The position numbers were made by a program, and so were the translations under genes. Below are positions 1 through 9,400 of a stretch of 64,000 nucleotides of DNA, one piece after another (the stretch's first letter is position 1; each line of letters opens with the position of its first letter). The notes under the pieces were generated by a model. That model had not been told where the DNA came from, did no database searches, and was given only the letters and a program-made list of their open reading frames with translations. The stretch comes from a virus (lineage: Duplodnaviria; Caudoviricetes), in the IMG/VR virus record IMGVR_UViG_3300031519_000015, positions 1 to 64,000 of that record; one strand, written 5' to 3'.

Positions 1-2
1 AA

Positions 3-668
3 GACAATAAAGATTCAAACACAGGTACTGTTCAAACTGGTGTTGAATGTACTGGTATGTATATCGGTAATTACAGCATTTCCATTAATTTGGATGGACC
101 ATCAACTGAATCTTGCTCCGTGGTTGGTAATGACAAAAATTGGGCAACTCATGCTGCTGGAAGTGTTGGGACTAATGATACTCCTCCTGTAGCTGTTATG
201 AAAAGGCAGTCACTTTCAACAGCTGTCGGGTATACCTCCCTTCCCAACGGTGTTGATAAGGTACAAAGTATTAGTGTCAGCGTTGATTTCGGTCGTGAAG
301 ACTTAAATGAACTTGGTAATAAATATCCATTCTTTAGGGCTGCTACATATCCAACAGAAGTAACTTGTGAAGTTAGTTATCTGTTTGATGAAACTCATGG
401 TGCTACTTCTAATGATCCAGACATTGTGGGTGATGGTGGCACTCCGGCTCAAAAACTTAAAGATGTAACAGAAGATAAAACCATCAAGATTCAACTTGAT
501 GAGATTAACCCTACTAATGGTAATGCTACCGCAGCTTACAAGATTGATCTTGGCAGCAAGAACAGGCTTACTGGAGTATCTCTAAGTGGTGGTGATGCTG
601 GTGGTGGAAACTCTACTGTAACATATTCTTACAGTACTTACAATGAACTGTACGTAGAAGCAGTTTAA
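3..668 (+). CDS. Putative tail tube / major tail protein, 5'-truncated by the window edge
   Basis: The frame is open from nt 3 (DNKDSNTGTVQTGVECTGM...) to the stop at 668. It has a beta-rich tube-like pattern (VQSISVSVDFGREDLNELGNKYPFFRAATYPTEVTCEV) and lies upstream of the tape measure gene. Confidence 0.55.
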   Translation, partial: DNKDSNTGTVQTGVECTGMYIGNYSISINLDGPSTESCSVVGNDKNWATHAAGSVGTNDTPPVAVMKRQSLSTAVGYTSLPNGVDKVQSISVSVDFGREDLNELGNKYPFFRAATYPTEVTCEVSYLFDETHGATSNDPDIVGDGGTPAQKLKDVTEDKTIKIQLDEINPTNGNATAAYKIDLGSKNRLTGVSLSGGDAGGGNSTVTYSYSTYNELYVEAV

Positions 669-694
669 CAAAAAACACAAAAGGAGAATAAATT

Positions 695-1027
695 ATGGCA
701 GCGACAGTAATTCCAATCACAGGAACCAGCGGTATCTTTCCAACAGCTGATCTAGACACCGTAACGTTTAGTGGTTTGATGGTTAGTGATACAAGCACCG
801 TGGCTAGTGACTTAAATAGTAATGACGGTACTGAGCTTGCATTTAATATTTGTGATCATCTTTATAGCAAGATTAATGCTCAAGTTATATCTGGTCCAGA
901 TGGCGCAAACAAGGTTAGAGTGGGTACTAGTAGTACTCTATCTGGCTCAACTCTTACCAAGACTTACACATTTACTTTCGACCTTGGGTTTACCGACGTT
1001 GGAAGTCTTAATGTAGCAGACGAATAA
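695..1027 (+). CDS. Hypothetical virion-associated protein (110 aa)
   Basis: Strong RBS AAGGAG upstream, Thr/Ser/Gly-rich beta-type sequence, located in the tail module. Confidence 0.6.
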   Translation: MAATVIPITGTSGIFPTADLDTVTFSGLMVSDTSTVASDLNSNDGTELAFNICDHLYSKINAQVISGPDGANKVRVGTSSTLSGSTLTKTYTFTFDLGFTDVGSLNVADE

Positions 1028-1029
1028 TT

Positions 1030-1051
1030 CTGATTAATAAGGTTTAATCAG
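1030..1051. promoter_or_regulatory. Intergenic hairpin
   Basis: Perfect 8-bp inverted repeat CTGATTAA-taaggt-TTAATCAG immediately after the stop at 1027. There is no adjacent U-tract. Confidence 0.4.
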
Positions 1052-1101
1052 GACGATAAAGGAAACAACTCACATGAAGCTCCCGTAAATGAGGTTTTGT
1101 A

Positions 1102-2133
1102 ATGAAGCACCATGAGCGGGAGTTTTTTATTGCTACAATAAGAACTGGAAATATTAAATTACTTAATTTAGTCATAAAGCCTTTGACCATAGAACAGTCT
1201 GTTGAAGCAGCAAAAGTGTACGGTGACTTTTTCGATACTAGTTTATACGAAGGAGTAATGACAGAAGATCAGATGATCAAGTGGATGATTCAGCAGGGTT
1301 TATGGCATAGGGCAGACGATAATGAGCTTGATAAAATAGACAGAGCCATAGAGGATGTTAAGGTAGAAATGTTTAAAAATTATACAGACAAAGACAAGGT
1401 AAAAACTTTAAGAGTTGTATTAGGAGCCTTAATTAAGAAAAAAATAGAAAAAATTTCCTACAAAAATTCATATTTCTCTAACACTTGCGAGGGCATAGCT
1501 GCTTTAGAAAAAACCTCTTGGATTATAAAAAATAGTACATTTTTAGAGGATGAGTTATATGATTTTGAAGAGCATGATGTTACAAGTGTCATAAATTCAT
1601 GGCAGCAAACTAACATGTCAGATTCACAAATAAGAGAATTAGCTAGAAATGAACCTTGGAGATCTTTATGGTCCATGAGAGAAAGTGCTGGAATAAAATT
1701 ATTTATTAACAAAGATTTTCAAGAACTTACAAGTAATCAAAAAAATTTAATAGTATGGTCTCAGCTCTATGATAATATAAGAGAATCTATGGATGTACCG
1801 CCAGATCAAGTCATAGGGGACGATGATATGCTAGACGGTTGGTTTATAGAACAGGGTAGAAAGAGAAAACGAGAAGTGAAAAAGAAACATTTAGAAGATA
1901 GCCTGACTAATAAAGATATAGCTAATAAAGATGAAGTTTTCATAATGTCTAGAAAAGATGATACTTCAAATATTCAAGATGTATACGATATGAACGAACC
2001 AACAAGTCGTTGGGTTGTCAACGAAAGAGATAAGCAAATTAAATCAGAAGGCAAAGTGGCTCACCATAAATTATCAGACCAGAAGATAATGCAACAACAA
2101 CAAGTCAACGAAAATATTAAACATAGGGGATAG
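1102..2133 (+). CDS. Hypothetical protein, possible tail assembly chaperone (343 aa)
   Basis: RBS GAGG, charged helical protein, positioned between the tube-like gene and the tape measure gene. The function is inferred from position only. Confidence 0.5.
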   Translation: MKHHEREFFIATIRTGNIKLLNLVIKPLTIEQSVEAAKVYGDFFDTSLYEGVMTEDQMIKWMIQQGLWHRADDNELDKIDRAIEDVKVEMFKNYTDKDKVKTLRVVLGALIKKKIEKISYKNSYFSNTCEGIAALEKTSWIIKNSTFLEDELYDFEEHDVTSVINSWQQTNMSDSQIRELARNEPWRSLWSMRESAGIKLFINKDFQELTSNQKNLIVWSQLYDNIRESMDVPPDQVIGDDDMLDGWFIEQGRKRKREVKKKHLEDSLTNKDIANKDEVFIMSRKDDTSNIQDVYDMNEPTSRWVVNERDKQIKSEGKVAHHKLSDQKIMQQQQVNENIKHRG

Positions 2134-2137
2134 TGAG

Positions 2138-2500
2138 ATGGACGAATCTTTAAAAAAGATGGTTGAGGATAGGAAAAACTATAAAGAGTCCAGACAAGAT
2201 AAATACAAACTAGATTCTAAAGATAGACTGTCCAAAATTCTTAAAAAGAAAATACAAACAACTATGATTGGCGCTCTGAGTAGTATGGAGCAACATTTAA
2301 GTTTTTTATGGGAATCTGAAAGCGTTTCGACAGAAGACAAAAAGGCGATGAAAGCTATTTATGAACAAATACGTTCAGAAATTTTAGATAAAGGAAATAA
2401 CCAAGCAAGAAATATTGATGCTGAACTGTCTCAATATAATATTGAATGGTTAAGGTATGAGGTCAATATTCCAGTTATTAATAAAGGAAAAGAGGATTAA
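2138..2500 (+). CDS. Hypothetical protein (120 aa) in tail module
   Basis: ORF tightly packed between its neighbours, charged and helical. Confidence 0.6.
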   Translation: MDESLKKMVEDRKNYKESRQDKYKLDSKDRLSKILKKKIQTTMIGALSSMEQHLSFLWESESVSTEDKKAMKAIYEQIRSEILDKGNNQARNIDAELSQYNIEWLRYEVNIPVINKGKED

Positions 2501-2501
2501 A

Positions 2502-3398
2502 ATGGCAAAGATAAGGGAAAAAACTGTAGACGTTGTGCTTAACGAGGATGGAGATGGCGAAACTGTAAAGATTACAGTAAAACGTCCTTCTAGCAGTGTT
2601 ATGTCTGAAGCACAAAGGGTTGCGGCTAAAAGCTGGACTGAATGTGTGCGGGATGGCATTATGACTAAGAAAGAACTTTCAAAGTTTATGAGACAACAGG
2701 GCATATGGGATAAATCTAAAGACTCTGAGCAAGACACAATTAGCAAAGACATTGCTGCTTTAGAAAGAAAGCTATATATTGGAAGCAAATCTTCTCATAC
2801 TCTTAAGGCTTCTGAAGCTAAAGATATTGCTATTGAAATGAGACAAAAGAGAGCTGAACTCAGAGACTTAATTACTGAGAGAATGGCTCTAGAGGCTAAT
2901 ACAGCAGACGCTCTCTCTGATAACTCTAGATTCGATTTTCTTGTATATAAATGCACTTATAACGAAGATGGTCAATTAGTGTATAAATCATTAGATGATT
3001 ACAATGAAAAGTCTGATGGACAGATTGCATTCGCTGCTGCTTCTGCTTTAGCGGAAATGATGTACTCTATCGACAAGGATTTTGAATCTAATCTTCCAGA
3101 AAATAAGTTCTTAAAAGAATTTAATTTTGTTAATGAAGACTTATCCTTAGTAAACAGTGATGGAAAAACTGTAGACTTAGAAGGTAGATTAATTAATATA
3201 CTAGGTCAGTATGTAGACGGTAAGGGTAGCAGAGTCGATAAAGATGGTAACAAGCTAGATGAAGATGGAAATTATGTAGCTTCTGTTAAATATTTAGATG
3301 ATTCTGGAAAAGAGCTAACACCAAAAACAAAAGCTAAGAAACCTATCAAAAGAACTAAAAAGCAAAAAAGCACGGAAAGCACGGAAGAAGATGGATAG
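2502..3398 (+). CDS. Putative tail assembly chaperone (about 298 aa)
   Basis: ATG at 2502 follows GAGGA and the upstream stop, so it is preferred to the track start at 2457. N-terminal pattern VKITVKRPSS..MSEAQ. Directly precedes the tape measure gene. Confidence 0.5.
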   Translation: MAKIREKTVDVVLNEDGDGETVKITVKRPSSSVMSEAQRVAAKSWTECVRDGIMTKKELSKFMRQQGIWDKSKDSEQDTISKDIAALERKLYIGSKSSHTLKASEAKDIAIEMRQKRAELRDLITERMALEANTADALSDNSRFDFLVYKCTYNEDGQLVYKSLDDYNEKSDGQIAFAAASALAEMMYSIDKDFESNLPENKFLKEFNFVNEDLSLVNSDGKTVDLEGRLINILGQYVDGKGSRVDKDGNKLDEDGNYVASVKYLDDSGKELTPKTKAKKPIKRTKKQKSTESTEEDG

Positions 3399-3423
3399 GG
3401 TGTAGCTTAGTAAGAAAGGCAAT

Positions 3424-6400
3424 ATGTCAAAGTTCGTACTAACTGCACAACTACAATTACAGCCACCATCTAATGTTGGTCAGGTAGTTAAAAATTTACA
3501 AAGTCAATTAAACAGCGTTAATGTAAACGTTAAGGCTAAAGGTGCGCAGCAAGCTCAACAACAGATTCAGCAGCTTTCTGGCTCAATGAAGACTGCTAAT
3601 AAAGAAGCTAAAGGTTTGGGGGATAGCCTTCAAATTTCTGTTAAAAGGTTTGCTGGTTTAGCTATTGCTACTAGAGCTGTTAGTTTATTTACTAACACTC
3701 TGGGCGGTGCTATAAGAGATGCCATTTCCTTTGAAAGACAATTAGTTAAGATTTCTCAAGTTACCGGAAAGACAATGGGTGACTTAAGAGACTTAACAAA
3801 TGAAATAACTAGACTTTCTACAAACTTTGGTGTTGCAGCAGATGCATTATTAAATGTCAGTAGGGTACTATCTCAGGCGGGTTTAAATGCTAACCAGACT
3901 AGGGTTGCTTTAGACGCTCTTGCTAAGTCTGACTTGGCTCCTACTTTTGATGATATCACTCAAACGGCTGAAGGCGCTGTTGCTATCTTCAATCAGTTCA
4001 AGCAGGGGGCTGGAGCATTAGAAGGTCAGCTAGGTTCTTTAAATGCTGTGGCTGGTCAGTTTGCTGTAGAAGCCGGTGACTTGATCGCAGTCATTCGTAG
4101 AACTGGTGGTGTGTTCAAGCAAGCTGGTGGAGATTTAAATGAGCTTGTAGCATTATTTACTAGTGTTAGATCAACGACTAGAGAATCTGCTGAAAGTATT
4201 GCTACTGGTTTACGTACTATATTTACACGTATTCAACGCCCTGAGACTATTAAATATTTAAAACAATTTGGAGTTCAATTAACTGACTTAGAAGGTAAAT
4301 TTATTGGTCCTTATAAAGCTGTTGGTGAACTCAGCAAAGCTCTTGCTGGACTTGAAGAAGGTGATTTACGATTTGTTGAAATTGCAGAACAGTTGGGTGG
4401 ATTTAGACAGATTGGTAAAGTCTTACCATTAATTAAAGAATATTCTGTTGCCCAAAGAGCTTTAGCCGTAGCTCAAGCTGGTTCTAATTCTTTGGCTGAA
4501 GATGCTGCCAAGGCCCAACAAACACTCGCGGTTCGTATACAGAATGTTGCTGGCGAATTTGCCGCTTTGGTTAGAAGTATTAGTGAAACTGGTACTTTCC
4601 AAACGATGGCTAATACAGCTTTAGTCTTAGCTAGTGCTTTGATTAAAATTGGTGAAGCTGTAAAACCTCTTATTCCTTTACTTGGTGCTTTAGCTGCTAT
4701 TAAGTTAGTTAAAGGTATGCAAGGAATGATGGGTGGAATGGCTTCTATGGCTGGTGGCGGTAAGGGCGTAATGGGTTTTAACAGAGGAGGCGTTGTCCCC
4801 GGCTCTGGAAATGGCGATACAGTCCCCGCTATGCTCACGCCCGGAGAGTTTGTAATTAAAAAGAGTAGTGTTCAAAAGCTAGGTGCTTCTAATCTTCAGC
4901 GTATGAATAATAATAAGTATGCTAAGGGTGGTAAAATAGAAGTACAAAAAGGAAAGATTGGCGGCTTCTTTTTAAGACCAGAACAAGGTGAAGACACTGA
5001 AGGAAACATTAAGGGTAAGTATGAAGTTACCAATGCTAACGCACTTTCACAACTTGGAAAATTAAAATCTACCAAGAATGCTAGTAAACTAGGATCTGAA
5101 TTAAATGAATATGCAAATAACTTGACTAAAGTAGAACAGATAGAAAAAGGTTTTATTACTAAAGGTCAAAATAAATATACCCCCGGCAAAAACCAGACGC
5201 TTTCCCTATCGGGAAACATGAGCGCAGCTAACAAAAAGAGAAAAGATCAAGTCGCGGAAGAATATAAAAAAGATCTTGGTAGTGGATCTGCTAGAGTTGC
5301 AGGACAAGAAGTAGAATTTGGTGGAAGTATATCAGGTTTCTTCCCCGGAGATCCAAACTCAACTAGTCCACAAATTGCAAAACTTGTTAAACAACAAACC
5401 GAAAGAGGATTAAGAGCTACAGTTAAGGCGACAGTATCTAAAATAAAACAACAAGGACTCTTATCTGCTGGAGTTATTCAAGCACAAGATCCTAAAAAAG
5501 AAGACGTATTAAACAACTTGTTTGTAGCGGGAGGAGCTGGAGACACAGTTGAAGGTTTTGTTAATGAGGGTATTATATCAGCAATTAGTGGAGCCAAGAT
5601 GGGTGGCGCTGGAACTTTGTTTGACTACCCTTCATCAAGTTTAAAAGGCGAGGGAGTAAAAGATAAACTTCAAGCCATGTTTGGTGGAGATATGTCTAGC
5701 CTAGTAAAAGCTGACGCTAAACGTACATCCAATTCTGGAACATTTGAGAGTATTACAGAAAAAATAGTTGGTGATATTAATAAAGGTAATTTTGAAGGTA
5801 CAAATTTAAAACAGATGGCTACTGGCGGTCCTGTTGGTACAGATACAGTTCCCGCACTTTTGACTCCCGGTGAGTTTGTTGTAAATAGAGCTTCTGCTAA
5901 GAAAATTGGCTATGGCTCTTTGAATAGAATGAACAAGGTTGCTAAGTACGCAGACGGTGGCGTTGTACAAAAGTTTGCTGGTGGCACTACTGGAACTGGA
6001 GTAAAACCTGTAGCTTCTTCTGGAATCGCTGCTGGTAGTGCTGGATTAAATGTTGACGGTTTACAACAAGCATACAAGGTATTAGAAACTGATATTAAAA
6101 GTCATAGCATTGTAATACAAGAATCTAAAGCGGCATCAGAAAGACTTTATAAGCAGGAAGACGAATTAACTAATCGTATAAGATCAGTTGATGACTCTAT
6201 GGTTAAGCTTAGAGAGGGTGCAGAGGAGGGCGCGAAGGGCGAAAAAGCCATGAAGCGCGCAACTGACCTAAAAGTTAAACTTGAAACACAAAGAATGGCT
6301 GTCGCTGAAAAAGCTATTTCTATGGATGAAAAGGCAGCTGTATATGAAAAAAATAAACAGGAGGCTATACCGAGAGCAAAAGCTGCTAAACAAGAATTCA

Positions 6401-9400
6401 TGGCTGCTTCTCAAAGTCAAGCCATAAGATCTCCACTTAAAGGTAACATTGGAAACAGTGGCGGTGGGCCTCCTAATCCTCCTAGTGGTGGAGGTGGTCC
6501 TCCAACTCAAACAACTAAAGATAATACTGATAAGGTAAAGAAGAACACAGCAAGCCTCGAATCTATGTTTATGGGCGTTATGGCTGTGAACAGCTCTGTA
6601 GCAATGTTTAGACCTACAATAGACGCTACTAGTGGAGCTTTGTCAACAGGCACTGCCGCTATATTAGATTCTTTTACAACAGTTGCTTCTCAAGGTTTAG
6701 CTGTTGCTGCTGTTCTGCAAAAACTGGGTGTAGAGGCTAACGCCACCAACTTCGCTGGTCTTTTCCAAAAAAATGGAAAGAGTAGAGTCCAAGGAAAGAT
6801 TGGTGGTCTTGCCAGATCAGCAGGAGAGAAAATAGCTGGTAGATTTAAAGCCAGTCCTGAACAAGCAGTTGCGTTCGGTCAAAGTCTTGGTTCAGCTGCA
6901 CAAGCCATGACACCATTCGTTGCTGCGCTTGGCACTTCAGTTGCCGCTGTTGGTATACTTAATAGTGCAATTACAACATTTTATAATTATCAACAAAAAC
7001 TTAATAAGGCTGTTGACGAGGGTGATGTTTCAGCTGCTGGAGATGCAGCAGGAGGAAAAGCTCAGTTAGAGACTGCTAATAATGCTAGAAGTATAGGCGC
7101 TGCCGCTGGTTCTGTTATTGGTATGGCTGTTGCTGGACCTTTAGGTGCGATTGTTGGCAGTATCGGTGGGGCTATAGTAGGCACAATGACTGCTGCTGTT
7201 GGACACTTCTTTGGAGCTGGAGCTGCTGCTAGAAACTTAGCAGAGGCTAATGCAGGCGTTGCTGAAACTATGAAATCCTTAGACAAGGATACTAAGAAAG
7301 CTAATAAGGCTATGCAAGCCTTCAAGGACGGAAACGGCACTGCTGTTGACGTAATGGACAAATTCCAAAATTCATTTGCTTCTGCAAATCAAAACCTTGA
7401 AAGAACTTCTGGATTTGCTACCGCCAAAGGAGATGTAACCACCAAAGACGCTGTTGAGGCACAAGAAAATGGAGTAATCACTGGAAGTCTTAGAAATGCT
7501 GGAGCTTACTTGGGTGGTGGTATGCTTGGCATGGAAACAAACTCCACTAGAAATGAAAGAATAAAAGAGCAAGGTTCAACAAGAGCTAAATCTCTTGACG
7601 CTGCTGAAAAATCTGTTAGTGCTGCTGACCCAGCAATTTCCGTTATGATGAGACAAGCTGCAAATGCTGGTCAGACCCTAGAACAATTTAAAGCAGACCT
7701 TGAGCAAAATTCTAAATCTGGAAGAAATTATTTAGAAACAATTAAACGGCTTGATGCAGCTACAGAAAATGGTGCGGGCGCTAGTGAAGACTTAGCTCAG
7801 AAGTTTAAGAATATTGCAGAGCAAGCTGAAAAGACTAGAGCTGCAATTGAAGCAATGACTTTAGGTATGGCTGGCGTTAATGGTGCAGCTAATGCAGCTG
7901 CTATGGGCTTAAATAATTATTTAAGCAGTCAAGAGGCTGGTTTTAGTACTCTAGCTAATTCTATGTCTGTTCTTGAGAATGGTGTTACTGGAGCTGCTAA
8001 TAACATTAGCACAGCTGATTTTAACGCAGCTCTTGGTGAGGCTTCTGGCACACTGAGAGGATTTGGCGCTACCAACGATCAAATCAATAAGTTTGAAGCT
8101 AACATGAAGGGCGTAAATGCTGTTCAGCGAAAATTGCCAGAGTCGTTTAAAACAGCACAGAATGATCTTAAAGCTGCTGCCGCTAAGGGATTGGCTGGTG
8201 GAGGTACTGGAACTTCTCAGAAAGATGCAGTACTTGATGTTATTGTTAAAGACATTAAAGGAATGAACCTTGGCGCAGAAGTAGAAAAGAATATCCTTGC
8301 TGGCATTGAGAATATGGATTTGTCGCAAGCTGAGTTAGAACAAATTGAGCTTGGAAACTTTGACGTATTAGAAAAGAAGATTGGAGATATTGGTGGTAAA
8401 CAATTAGAGCAAGTAAGAAATGCAATTCAAAAACAAATTGAAATGCAGAAAAAACTTAATGCAGTTGTTCAACGCAGATTAGCACTTGAAGATCAATATG
8501 TTAAAGCTCAACAGCGCGGAATTGGCATGATCTTAGAAATGCAAGAGATACAAGCCAAGCACGGTGGTGCGGCAGTCAGTCCTGCAATGAGAGAACAAGC
8601 TGCTATTGATTCTTTCAACAAACAGTCTGAAGCAGCTGGCGTTACTGGTGTTGCAAACGCATCGCCCGACCAAATACTTAGAAACATACAAGACACAAGA
8701 GGTCAGATTGCCCAAGCTAATGAAACTAGGATGGACTCTGCTGGAGGTGGCACTGGTCTTAGTGGAGACGCTGGAGTTGAACTAAACAAAAATCAAGAAA
8801 GACTTAATAATCTTACTAAAGCACAGTATGATCTTACTAAAAACTTAATTAGTATAAAACAACAAGAACTATCAACCATTAAGGAAAAGAATAAGCTTGA
8901 ACGAGACGCAATGGACGCTCTTATTGGTGGAGACGTTGAATCCTTTATGGATAACATGGCGACCCAATCAGCACAAGCTGCTATAGCTACTGGTGACAGT
9001 GCCGCCATGAACATGATGGGTGGTCAAGCTCTTGGTCGTGCCGCTCAAGAAAATAAAAGACTTGAAGAGGCTGGAGTCACAGAGATGTACGGTCAGAAAC
9101 TTGGAGGACCGGGAGGACTCACTGAGCGTGGATTCCAAGCTGTGGCTAACAATGTCGGAATTGCTGATGACAGTTTCGCTAAATCTGCTGCTGGTACTAC
9201 TTTAGAAGAAACCAGTTTAGACAAAGAAATCAGAGACTTAGCAGCAAACCTTAAACCTCTAGCAGATAGTATGGTTGCTTCCGCTCAGGGTGATTTAGAA
9301 GTTGGTAAGGCTATAGAAGACGGCGCTAGAAAACTTATGAAGGCTGGAGAAGTATTAGAGAGTGCTGGTAAAGCTTTGGGAGGTAGTGATGTTGGCGAGA

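Noticed and set aside
2440-2510. Programmed -1 frameshift between tail chaperone genes
   Set aside because: There is no XXXYYYZ slippery heptamer at the overlap, the downstream frame is +1, and it has its own RBS and ATG at 2502.
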